From: Paraspadella gotoi
Lineage: Eukaryota > Animalia > Chaetognatha
Direction of reading: 5' to 3'
Assembly: GCA_051294375.1 (NCBI GenBank)
Contig: CM119263.1
Location: 30,158,099-30,222,098 of the forward strand
Length of the DNA stretch: 64,000 bases
Shown: positions 42,601 through 52,639 of the stretch, one piece after another
Numbering within the stretch: the stretch's first letter is position 1
How the letters are laid out: each line of letters opens with the position of its first letter
Notes under the pieces: generated by a model
Database searches by the model: none
What the model saw: only the letters and a program-made list of their open reading frames with translations
What the model was told of the DNA's origin: nothing
Position numbers and translations under genes: made by a program

Positions 42601-45600
42601 AAAGGTATTGCTAGTAAAAGTACCACTTCTAAATTCTTTTGTCCCAAGTGCCTTCATCATTTTGGAAAACGAGTCTTGAGAGATTCTCATAAAGCAACAT
42701 GTAACAAGGCATTAAAGAATCAATTAACTCTTCCGCCAAGAAGCACCTCAATAACATTTAATAATCATAAGCATCTTAGTAGAAATAGTTTTTTTATATG
42801 TTCACAAGGAGAAGCTTCATACCGAATAACCAGAACTGGAGTTCAATGTTCAAAACCTGAGAGTCAAACGAAAAAGTATTCTTGGGTCAAATACCGTTAT
42901 GAAGAAATTCACTGTCGGAAGTGTGAACGATGTACTGATGACTTACCCTGCGGGGATTTAATGAAAAAAAGCAACCTGTTCTGTAGTTTGGATCTGTCGG
43001 CCTTTGCCTACAACATCATTGCTACTCACGATGAAAATATTAGTATTCCACTAAGATCATACCGCGCCCAGAGTGAGCATGAGGTTAATGATCAAGTGGT
43101 AAAGCAAAAGTTTTTAGACTTTTTATGTGACGACGCGATTTTTCTCAAAGATTTGATGAAGAAAACACCTGGGGAGTCAATGACCAAGGAAATGGCTGAA
43201 GCGACGCAATGTTCCTTGTGCAAAGTAAAGTTTCCTCTGAACAAGTCGGATCCTTTGTTTCACAAACACAGAAAATGCATTTATCAGATTAATTCCCAAA
43301 CTGAGTCTAGTGACATTGCAAACGACAAGGTTCCTTCAAGATATACCTCCGTTTGTTTTTCTTGCAGCTCGTCTCTCAAGGAACGAAGGAAGACTCCTGT
43401 CTATTTTAATCAAGACTCAGTAAACTTGTGTCATTTAGTTATCAGCTGTGCGGGATCATTTCCTGAATATATTAAAAGACTTTACATATTTGGCGAGCAT
43501 GACGAAAAAAGTAAGTCGGTTTCTTTGCTGCTCAATTGCGTTGATTGCAGGAGATTGAAAAAAGAGAATATGGAAAAAGATAAAGCAGTAATTGTCAGTA
43601 GCACCAAAGATAGTACGGAAGATCAAAATAAGTCGCCAAGATTGGATGAGAATGAGCCAAGTCTCAGTCAAGAAACTGACAAAGTGGATCTTGACTCAAT
43701 GACGAATGCATCTGACAATGATGATGATGATTATGATGACAATGATGATGAAGTTGATGCCTCTGAGGATGATATTGATGGCAATGAATCAGATTCCAAC
43801 AAAGGGGGAAAAAGGGAAAAATGTTACATCAATAATGAGAGGCAAAAATCTTGCGCGTCTTGTAAGAAAATGATTGGTTTCAAGTTCATTAATTCTCGCA
43901 GTTTCCTAAATCTGAGCTTGGAGAAAATGGCCGAATCTTTGGGATCAAACTTTAGCCCAGTCACGTGCAAAGAATGTGGAGAGAACATGGAGAAGCAAAA
44001 ACATTGTGGTCGGTGTTTGCAGAAATGTAAAGCAACATTCAATCAGACTTTTCAGTACCTCTCAGAATGTAAAGAGGCGACACTGTTTCCCAAGAACATA
44101 AAGAAAAGCCAATTAATTCACGATTACGCGAGTCAACTCAGACACTGGAATGAGAGGCAATTCCCGAGTTACAAACAATTATATTCTGCAACAGATCAAA
44201 AATCTGCAATAGAATACAATGAAGCTATTTCGCTCTACAATCGATTGAACTGCCAGAACATTGGCGAATTTGTACTGCATCGATTAAGATTGGACGCAAC
44301 TTTGTTAACCGATGTGATGATAAACTTTCGAAACATTCTCTTCGATAATTTTGGTCTCGACATCATGGGCTATGGGAACATCAAAGATTTTGTTTATGAT
44401 GCTGCAAAAAAAGTATGCAATCTACAGATGGATTTTTCGCCATCGGTGGAGATGCACGAGGAGTTTCTAGATGGAATAAAAGGTAGATTTTCTAACATCT
44501 CTCACAAATTCTTTGCCAGCAATGACGAGGCCATCCCACCAATACCAAGAGAGTACGCCGCTCTCACTGACAGCCTTATTAGCATTGGTGAGAGAACTTA
44601 CAAATATAAACATCAGGTTCCTTCTCAGCAAACTCCTGGTTTAAGATCCTGTGAGAAGGACAACACTGAGACGTGGTCAGGTTTCTTTGACAGTTGCTTC
44701 AATCGGTGTAACCTTTTATCCTTGAGCATCAACGATTTTTATTCTTTCATCATGAAAAATTATCCACTTCCTTACAAAGATTTTCGATACTTGGAAGGAG
44801 ACGAATTGAAAAAATTGAGCGAGGAATTTTTCACTCAGCAGGGAAAAAATATCCAGAACTTTGGAGAAGATGGATTTTTATTGACTGTGGATCTTGAGTA
44901 TCCACCTGAAATCCAGGAAGAACTGGAAGCTTTTCCTCTTCTGCTGGAGAAGAGAAAAGTTAAAAGAGAAGAACTCTCTCTCTTCACGAAAAGTCAATTG
45001 CAGGAAACGGATGCAGAACCGGGCGACGCTGAAAGACTAATTGCCGATTTTAAGCCTAAGACGAAGTATCAAATTCATTTCGTTTATTTGAAGTTTGTGC
45101 TGAGCAAAGGTGTGCGCTTGTTAAAAATTCATTCGGCGATAGCGTTCAAGCAAAAGGTTTTGTTTCGTGATTTTTTCAAACTGACTTTTGAGTTGAGAGA
45201 GAAAAGTCGAACAGATCTTTTTTCATACAGTATATATGAAACACTATTGGATTCTTTATTGGCGAAACTGTTAGAAAGTGAGCACGACAAGTTTCAGTAC
45301 ACTTATGTCTCCCAACGAAGAAAGGCTTTCAAGTTTATCAGCGACTATTCATTTCTCGATTGCGCCGTCTTGTCCCCAAAAAGCTTGATTGTAAAGTCAT
45401 TTGCCGGCAAAGTACCTATGAAAAAACCAGTGTACCTGGCAAACGTCATAATGGATTTGGCCAAGTGTTTTTTGGTCCATAAAGTCCATGATTCTATTTT
45501 GTCAGCTTTTAAAATAGATGGGACCAAAAATTGTTTTGTCTTTTCCGCGGAATCAGATTCCGTTGGCGTCGCCTGTTTCTATGATTCCCGAATCCAAGGA

Positions 45601-46278
45601 AACGATTACTTCTATAAAAAGATGGCAACTTTGGCATCGGATCTGGACGTAAGCTCGTATGATCTACATCATCCCTACTTTGCTTTGAATCCCGACAATA
45701 AATCTGATCTGATTTCCCTGCAAAGGAAGAACGCGGGTCGACCGGGAAAATTCAAAGACTCGCTCGACTCGGACGAAATTTTAGCGCAATTCGTCGGCCT
45801 CAGGCCTAAAGTTTTCTCTTACTTGATTTACAACACGAGGACGGGAGTTTTTAGAGAAAGGGAGACGCCCAAATTTAAAAGGAATGACCTTCACTTCAAC
45901 TATGCCATTTCAACCAAGAATCAGTTTGTAAAAACCCCGGATTTAGTGAGCAATCAACATGCGACTTATCTTGGGGAATTAGCCAATCATTGCGCGAGGC
46001 ACAGCGACACAAAATTATATTGGTTGAATAGCTTGAAGAGTCTGCCGTTTCATCACAGAGACGTAGGCGAGATAGAGAAATTGATGGAGACACAAATTCC
46101 GCGTAGAATCAAAGAAAAAATAATTCTTGCGTCGATTGAGAGAGATGATGATGATGATGAGGATGATGACAACGACGTTGTCACCTCCAACCAGCCACCT
46201 CCATCCCAGACTCCAAACGCTGCTCCTTGTCAAGACAACCAATCCGGAAATGAATCACCCATTGGTGAAACAGTTTAA
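39652..46278 (+). CDS. 2208-aa intronless protein derived from a Polinton/Maverick/Adintovirus-type protein-primed DNA polymerase B, catalytic motifs degenerate
   Basis: Colinear remnants: LPTIIAMKRATINV..NMCLVYCI, INFNGIKFP, FYPYYVS, HEVYLLLV..SHFVVIKSLQRL, CPKC..H..C, FINSRSFLNLSLEKM, DATLLTDVMINFR, GIKGRFS, LPYKDF, GFLLTVDLEYPPE, YQIHFVYLKFVLSKGVRLLKIHSAIAFKQ, KPVYLANVIMDLAK, GKFKD, FVGLRPKVFSY. Confidence 0.88.
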   Translation: MNVARSPVRKKRRWIEEEEEEEEEETLSNCVFKKESDRVYDPVADVGTGSDENLRKIAKTNRTDIGMDGLIGDDAGQKRETDEWIEHGIKLWNVMNLKCEDGGGGGGRGGCGSGGSASVKNEEIYEEIIDLTTETEDESQIENNWYKIEKYEADNFVTEDQIVDLTGSESEMENEEDDDNEEEMKPETKIQRNSPVKKNVNVEMDTSRITRRINVDMNGISIEEMNPETEIHRNSLVKKNFNVEMDTSRITRRRNVNFNDISDDDDFSSMTRGILQIPNESEMRFIFCIISSIKQFSARTARILCNYEPHLEEIKYNGIRLPVDSLKKIERIEDMNGAFFSLYIYQCKKIDKKEYQLCPYYISKKNNTHEVFLWLVNEQKSQYKVIKCLSIFMRNFFIPKGRRKYYCPKCVSQFNKSVLKDSHQRECRKEFKSIKFFLKPKKKHHIREIHKNIIMGRSSGNSPNDGEIQIDDKMNNKTNDDDKMEDQANKKFDIDIESDENETIESEEQIQDNKKLDNKGEKEETNRNKNIYTDLNNEVMIKAKDRQRRAKHTDESIENSKQCVDVDNRMVENVEGENQMNSNEKHFSNQVEKNLKKENEMENGNNLNELDEEFNSSHDQGNVINQDEESKKENDEIPLKQENEAKSSIGLQPDGDHVFGNSADDFSDIKSTEIKLSNNDQKSSSKDDNSGHLYFNKVIVKEKPDFVLHHYEAALGQICQSYYFIPQQELSDYVELLKKARPLFCDIVSANLKRHKSLKLVIQVKMTFFAEDNKNKNNKTDENYLFNYEPTLAPLTIAYSSNVSKSVNYLFDQIFVKIEEILTLKSDLVYFFTNFLKLNVIQFMSISAGSQAKLPTIIAMKRATINVPDERNMCLVYCIIASIFNISGSSSIRFKSYTPYLSKINFNGIKFPITSIASIKNIEKINDKLFSIYIYAYRLTKKGCEFYPYYVSDINEARHEVYLLLVGEENSHFVVIKSLQRLMKGIASKSTTSKFFCPKCLHHFGKRVLRDSHKATCNKALKNQLTLPPRSTSITFNNHKHLSRNSFFICSQGEASYRITRTGVQCSKPESQTKKYSWVKYRYEEIHCRKCERCTDDLPCGDLMKKSNLFCSLDLSAFAYNIIATHDENISIPLRSYRAQSEHEVNDQVVKQKFLDFLCDDAIFLKDLMKKTPGESMTKEMAEATQCSLCKVKFPLNKSDPLFHKHRKCIYQINSQTESSDIANDKVPSRYTSVCFSCSSSLKERRKTPVYFNQDSVNLCHLVISCAGSFPEYIKRLYIFGEHDEKSKSVSLLLNCVDCRRLKKENMEKDKAVIVSSTKDSTEDQNKSPRLDENEPSLSQETDKVDLDSMTNASDNDDDDYDDNDDEVDASEDDIDGNESDSNKGGKREKCYINNERQKSCASCKKMIGFKFINSRSFLNLSLEKMAESLGSNFSPVTCKECGENMEKQKHCGRCLQKCKATFNQTFQYLSECKEATLFPKNIKKSQLIHDYASQLRHWNERQFPSYKQLYSATDQKSAIEYNEAISLYNRLNCQNIGEFVLHRLRLDATLLTDVMINFRNILFDNFGLDIMGYGNIKDFVYDAAKKVCNLQMDFSPSVEMHEEFLDGIKGRFSNISHKFFASNDEAIPPIPREYAALTDSLISIGERTYKYKHQVPSQQTPGLRSCEKDNTETWSGFFDSCFNRCNLLSLSINDFYSFIMKNYPLPYKDFRYLEGDELKKLSEEFFTQQGKNIQNFGEDGFLLTVDLEYPPEIQEELEAFPLLLEKRKVKREELSLFTKSQLQETDAEPGDAERLIADFKPKTKYQIHFVYLKFVLSKGVRLLKIHSAIAFKQKVLFRDFFKLTFELREKSRTDLFSYSIYETLLDSLLAKLLESEHDKFQYTYVSQRRKAFKFISDYSFLDCAVLSPKSLIVKSFAGKVPMKKPVYLANVIMDLAKCFLVHKVHDSILSAFKIDGTKNCFVFSAESDSVGVACFYDSRIQGNDYFYKKMATLASDLDVSSYDLHHPYFALNPDNKSDLISLQRKNAGRPGKFKDSLDSDEILAQFVGLRPKVFSYLIYNTRTGVFRERETPKFKRNDLHFNYAISTKNQFVKTPDLVSNQHATYLGELANHCARHSDTKLYWLNSLKSLPFHHRDVGEIEKLMETQIPRRIKEKIILASIERDDDDDEDDDNDVVTSNQPPPSQTPNAAPCQDNQSGNESPIGETV

Positions 46279-47036
46279 GCAAGCTCTTGAGACAAAAACT
46301 CTTGCTCGCCACAGTGTATTTAACTTTCTATTGCAATGTCAAAAAAGCTTTTTTTTCAAATTTGTTCATTTTTATTAATTTTTATTGCTGAAATTATTAG
46401 CAATAAAGATGTATAATTCTCTATGAACTTTAAGTTTACATAGTAATTTGTTATTTATAAAATTTCTTTTTTTTATCTTTCTAAGTATATAATATTAACC
46501 AAGTATTTATTATTTTACCTGAGTATTTTTTATTACAGGGGTTTTTTATCATGTGTTATATTGATAATAATTCTTAATAATAACTGTTGATAATCACTGA
46601 ATATTTTGCAGTCCTAATATTTAGTGTACCCTGAGTATTGAGAAGATCTTTATGATTTTTTGGCTATTAAGATAGTTACATTATTAATATTGAACATTCC
46701 GTTGATTGTTAACCATGTTTTTTATGTTTTACATTAAAACATTCTAAAGAATAACATGGATGAAATTAAATACTTTTGTTTTTTTGGAGATTTCGTCGAG
46801 TCGCGATTTCGTTGGCCAGTCAGTTTAGTGGTCTTCGCCGCAGTAGTTAGTAAATGAAAAGAAATATGTAGTTATTATTTATAGAAATTGGTTAAAATTA
46901 TATATAAAGCTAAATAATTTTTCTATTAACTATTGAAATATAATCTTTATGAATATTATATTATGAATGACCACTCATTAACTTGTTCGATTTAGCAGAG
47001 CAGATAAGAACCAAGAATCTGAGAACTCTCTTAGTA

Positions 47037-47109
47037 GCCCGGTTAGCTCAGTCGGTAGAGCACAGGACTCTTAATCCTGGGGTCGTGGGTTCGAGCCCCA
47101 CATTGGGCG
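47037..47109 (+). tRNA. tRNA-Lys(CTT)
   Basis: GCCCGGTTAGCTCAGTCGGTAGAGCA CAGGA CT CTT AA TCCTG ...GGTTCGAGCCCCACATTGGGCG followed by T6. Confidence 0.96.
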
Positions 47110-47622
47110 AGTTTTTTACCTTAGATTAAGCTGCTTGTTTTCGTCATTATAATTTTATATATTTTGGTTAACTTTCTGGTCTAAAAGCTCAGAAAGTTTT
47201 TTTTAGTTTTGCTACATTTTTCTGAATAAAAATTATAATCATCAATTTGTTATTGTAACTAACAATGCTGCTTGGAGTACCGTTTTAATTTTCCTACTTT
47301 TTTTAATAATTTCCAGTTAAAATTTTAATGGATTTTTCTTACACTTAATATTATTTCGTTTTAATTCACTTTTAATCATTTTTTGTTTGTATTCTCTCTT
47401 TCTTTCTTTATTCTTTTCTTCATATCATGCCCTTCTGTAACACTTTTTCTTCCTTTCCCAAATTATTTATTTTCAATTATCATTATTATTATTATTAGCA
47501 TTGTTATTATTGTCATTATATTTTTATTTTCAAGGAAGAGAGGCATCAACGAGTTGATCCAACATTTCTCAAATAAAACAGTGTGAATAAAATCGGTGAC
47601 GTCATCGATGCGACTCTCAAAC

Positions 47623-50199
47623 TCATTCCCCGCATTTTTTGTTCGTCCAATATTCCCACATATCATCGTACCACGACGGTACGAGCGTCTCATTGTTCAA
47701 GGCCGCGCAGAGTTTACAGAACTTGTTCTGAGAACCGTCCTTGCCCAACCGGATCCTGTAATCCTTTCGCCATCGACGATATCGTTCGTACAGCGTCGCG
47801 TTCTTGTCCAGCAGCCGCACGTACGCTGCGAGTTGCTGCGGCGTAAACTTTCGTGCGTCGATGAAAGAATCTGGGGGAGCGTCGGCGTCGTAATCTCCGC
47901 CGCCGTAGACGATCGGGACGAGATCCGTGTACATCAAGATCTTCCACAGTTTCTCAGTGATGTAGTCGCGACAAAGTGAGTTTTCAAAGGACAAATAAAA
48001 CTTGTACTTTTTCGAGATCATTTCGTAGCAATCCTTTTCTACAGATCGCGAGCACCGCAGAGGACCGCAGGCGCCGTAGACGTCTACAGCAACGTATCTT
48101 TGAAGGCGCCGCACGTAATCTTCGCGTTGACTGCTCGTCTGACAATGAGACACCATCCAAACGATCGATGGCCCGCCACTCGTTCGTGCCCGGCGGGGCG
48201 AAGACTGACGGTCGTCGAGGCTCCTACGTTCCGTCAGTCCGTACGGGCCGGGAAAGTCGCTGTCCTTTCTGTACGTCATAGTCCAGTTGAACCAACCGTT
48301 CAAGATTCGGGTGTCCAGACCAGCGTACGGAGGGGGCTCATAGAGGAAGAACACCCATCGCTGATGAGCCGGCTTGGCTCGGGGCATGTCGTAGCCAGGG
48401 ACCAGGGAATTCGTCGCCGATTTTCTTACTGATGGAAAGATACTAAAATTATATTATTTAATATTTTTTTTAAATATGAATTACGTCCCTTAGAAAAATT
48501 AACACTATTACCCGATTTCTGTTCCTAATGACTGATCTTAATTCAAACCTTAATATTTAACTCTAATATTTTACTAAATGCTTAAGAAAAAGGGTCATTC
48601 AAATCAACTTCAAAATAGGCAGATTCAAAATAGTACAGATTCAGAAAGCTGAGCTCCTGGCGATTCCGAAAATGTATTCACTTTAAACATTTGATGCATT
48701 CTATGCCATTTTATATCGGTTTTAATTATAAAATAAAAGAAATCTATCTGAAGAAAAAACTAAAAAAAAACGAAAAAGCCAATCTATATGATATTTTTTA
48801 TGAATTTTTTATTACTGAATTAGAAAAATGTAATAGAGAGACATTTTTAAATTTCAACTTGTATCCTTGAAAATGAAACGTTTTTAAACTTTTTAAACTT
48901 CCTAACTTGAATGTCTCTCTATTACATTTTTACAAATGTTTTTAAGATTGCTAATCTTTATAAATATTCACACTATTCCTTTAGATTGCTAATCAAATTT
49001 TTAAATCAATATTATTGCAGTAGTTTGGCCTGGAAATCTTCAAATTCAGTGTAGATTCATTGTAGCTCAAATTTCTTTACCATCTATTTAACTGAAGATT
49101 TTGTTCATGACTTGAAAACCAACAGAGTAACAAGATTAATTGTTTAATTCTCCCCTTCAAAATTTCCCTTAACCGTGTTTTAACTTCTTACCTAGAATTT
49201 TTTAACAACCAGATTGAAAAACAAATCTTTAAAAAATGTGCTTACCCATTTAACTTGACAATTTTGTTATTTACCGATTTAAAAAAAAATAATTGAAAAC
49301 AGAATGTTTACATATAAATAAAAACTTATTTTTTTGTAATTACTGATGACTATAATGTATTTCTCGATGTATTAGCTCTAATACATCCATGATTACACAT
49401 TGTAATGGTGAATGACCCTTCCTCTTAACCTAAATTTTAAATCTAATCCAGAACCAATTCCCTAACCTTATTCCTTAATATTTAACCTTAATCCCTAAAC
49501 CAAATCCCTAACCTTAATCCTTAATATTTAACCTTAATCCCTAAACCAAATCCCTAACCTTATTCCCTAATCCAGAACCCAATTTCTCATCAGATAATTA
49601 TCCTACCCCCAAAACCCCAAATCTTAATTCAGACCCTAACCCTTAATTCTAAATTCAATCTGAAATAAGGTTTTGGAAAATATGGCCTAAAAGTTATTTA
49701 AAATAGTAGTTGAAAAACCTTATGTACAGACAGAATGACAAACAAACAGACTGAAAGTTAGACAGAAAGACCGACAATAACCCCCCCCTTCATTACCGAT
49801 GTTCCGTATGTGAAAGACCACGGCGTCAGCCTCCATCAACCGACTTCTGTCAGTCGTCGTTTCACAATTTGTCTCCAAGCAACGATGATCCACAAAAGGT
49901 TGAGATCCTTGTCCGAACCCGTAGTATCGATTCTGATAAAAGGGGACCCAAAAGAGAATGACCCTTTTTTGTCGACCTCTCCGCGTCGTCTCGTGGACTT
50001 CTTTGTCGGTCTGTCGGCTCGTCGGTCGACGGATGAGGATCGAGGAGACGCTGGAGCCGATCCGGTCCACAATGATCCCTCCGTTTCTAGCGACGACGAC
50101 GTTGTATAAGATGCAAACGGTCGTCAAGGAAACGAAGAGGATGAGAAAGAATTTTTTGTCCTTAAATTGGGAGAAAACTGTTTCTTCGTTGGGCATCAT
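47623..50199 (-). CDS. Alpha-1,3-fucosyltransferase (GT10). Exons 50199-49797, 48428-47623
   Basis: Type II N-terminal TM, ILFW, C..T.DRS..ADAVVFH, QRWVFFLYEPP, FNWTMTYRKDSD, WMVSHC, VDVYGACG, alpha3-FucT motif YKFYLSFENSLCRDYITEKLW. Phase-1 intron is consistent. Confidence 0.95.
48585..49200 (+). repeat. Left arm of a ~600-bp inverted repeat (in FucT intron 1)
   Basis: aaaagggtcattcaaatcaacttcaaaatagg...gctgagctcctggcgat...gttcatgacttgaaaaccaacagagtaacaagattaattg...cttacctaga is the reverse complement of 50275-50910. Confidence 0.85.
49420..49688 (-). mobile_element. MITE-like family B copy (cctaa core)
   Basis: ccctaaccttaatcc repeats, end ggttttggaaaatatggcc. Confidence 0.5.
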
Positions 50200-50274
50200 T
50201 TTATGTTCATCAGTTGTGTTTTTGTTTTGTTTTTGTTTTGGTTGAATTTTGTTTTAATATTATTTGTTCTTTGG

Positions 50275-50910
50275 TTTTTTTCTAGGTAAGAGGTTAAAAC
50301 AAGGTAAAGGAAAATTTAGAAGGGAATAATTAAACAATTAATCTTGTTACTCTGTTTTTTTGGGTTTTTTTTGTTTGTTTGTTTTTTTTTGTTACTCTGT
50401 TGGTTTTCCAGTCATGAACAAAATCATCAGTTAAATAGATGGTAAAGAAATTCAAGCAACAATGAATCTACACTGAATTTGAAGAGTTGCAGCTTAAATG
50501 ACTGCAATAATATTGATTTAAAAATTTGATTAGCAATCTTAAAAACATTTGTAAAAATGTAATAGAAAGACATTTTGATAAACGCGTTCCAGCTAGGAAG
50601 AATTCAGGTTTAAAGTTTAAAAATGTTTAATTTTCAAGTTGAAATTTAAAAATTTCTCTTTATTACATTTTTCGAATTCACTAATAAAAAATTCATAAAA
50701 AACATCAGATGGATTGGCTTTTTCATTTGACCTGCAACTCTTCAGATAGGTTTCTTTTATTTTATATTATAATTAAAACCGATATAAAATGGTGTAGAAT
50801 GCATCAAATGTTTAAAGTGAATACATTTTCGAAATCGCCAGGAGCTCAGCTTTTTGAATCTGTACTATCTATTTTGGCCTATTTTGAAGTTGATTTGAAT
50901 GACCCTTTTT
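50275..50910 (-). repeat. Right arm of the ~600-bp inverted repeat (upstream of the FucT ATG)
   Basis: tctaggtaag...tgttactctgttggttttccagtcatgaac...atcgccaggagctcagc...gaagttgatttgaatgacccttttt. Confidence 0.85.
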
Positions 50911-51465
50911 CTTACTTAATGAGTGATGAGAAATGAGAAACGAATGAGAAAAGATTAAAAAGAAATTAATTTAAGTGAAGTCGACGCGCCTGTCGTTCAC
51001 ACGAGACTTGGTTTTGTTTTGTATCACGGTTGTTTTTATTTTTTGTTTTCTTTTTTTTTTTTTTTGACTTGATCTAAGACACGAGACTGAGAAAATAAAA
51101 GGAAATAGAATTTTTATAAAATTTCTTTTTTCACAAAAATAATTCATTATTTTTTTAAATTTGTCATTTAAAAAAATAAATCAATAAAAATCTTATATTG
51201 TAGTATGGTAATAATAATAACATTTAAGGAAAAACTCATGCAATGATAATAATGATGATGATAAATACAAATTATCAATCACGAAAAACGTTTCAGTTTT
51301 TTTTAGTTACTTTTTTTTGACAAAATCGGTTCGTTTGTCATTTGAACTCTTCCTATAATATTTCTCATTTATGCTTCAACCGTCAATTTCATCAATTAGA
51401 TTAAACGGGTTTCACTGCCCGCCAGTTTACAGTTATAATCTTCTATTTGTGACTGTGCTCGCTCG

Positions 51466-51509
<44 letters not shown>

Positions 51510-51691
51510 CTCTTCATTGTTTATAAATGGATTAAAAGTGTTACTCTGAAATCACGTTTCCCCGAGTTTCCGCCAGGAAAAATCTGGACTTTGGTCAACG
51601 TCCAGGTACAACCGAAAGTGGAGATATTGATTTTCTTTTACTTAACATTGACATAAGCAATTAAGCAATTGAGTTGTTGAAAGATCAAGAC

Positions 51692-52050
51692 TGGGCCTTA
51701 TTTTCACAGAACTCCCAATTTTATCTTAAATTCGGTATTTAGTTATTTTTTTATATTTAAAGTTTAAATAAAAGTTAAGATTATGATTATGTTAAGAATT
51801 AATTAAAGGAATAGGGTTAGGGACTTGGTTAATAAATAGGGTTAGGGATTACGGTTATAGCAAATTTAAGCATTAAGGGTTAGAGTTAGAGATTAGGGTT
51901 TAAGATTTAGGGTTAGGGTTAAAGATTAGGTTATGGGAGGTTAAGGATTAACAATTAAAAGTAAAGATTAGGTATAAGTTTAGTAATTATTTATGGTTTA
52001 TTTATAAATTTAGGTTTAAGGATAAAGGAACTGAATTTGAGAGCCATTTT
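51692..52050 (+). mobile_element. MITE-like family B copy
   Basis: gggccttattttcacagaactcccaattttatcttaaattcgg followed by an agggttaggg core. Confidence 0.55.
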
Positions 52051-52353
52051 AAGATGAAGAAATTAATAAATATTTTCACGTTTAATTCGAGTGTTAGTTT
52101 TTTTGCTCAAATTTCTTTTTTAAAAGAATGCTGGTTAGATTTATTCAAGGCATAATTAGTTTTCAAGCATTTTCATCTTCAAAAATTTCCCTTTTGACAT
52201 CGAATAAAAAATTTTTACTTTTTAGATTTTAGAAAGTTTACATCTAAATTTTAAGAGAAAAAAAATCGAATTGAAAGTTAAGCATCGAGAAGCATCGAGC
52301 ATCGAGAAAACAATAAAAATATTGATATTTCAATTTTCGAAAGCAAGATAATT

Positions 52354-52433
<80 letters not shown>

Positions 52434-52577
52434 GGGGAGGTTTCCCGTCACCAGCGCGAGCTGATATTTTAAAGTTACAAGTTTCAGCATTCGTCATTTA
52501 CCCCCTCTCTCTCTCTCTCTCTCTCTCTCCCTCTCCTCTCTCTCTCTCTCTCTCTCTCCCCCTCTCTCTCTCTCTCT

Positions 52578-52639
<62 letters not shown>

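Noticed and set aside
37325-46278. LINE RT plus pPolB as a single RT-polymerase system
   Set aside because: The RT is an ordinary 5'-truncated LINE fragment on the opposite strand, with no shared terminal repeats. Adjacency is best explained by chance insertion.
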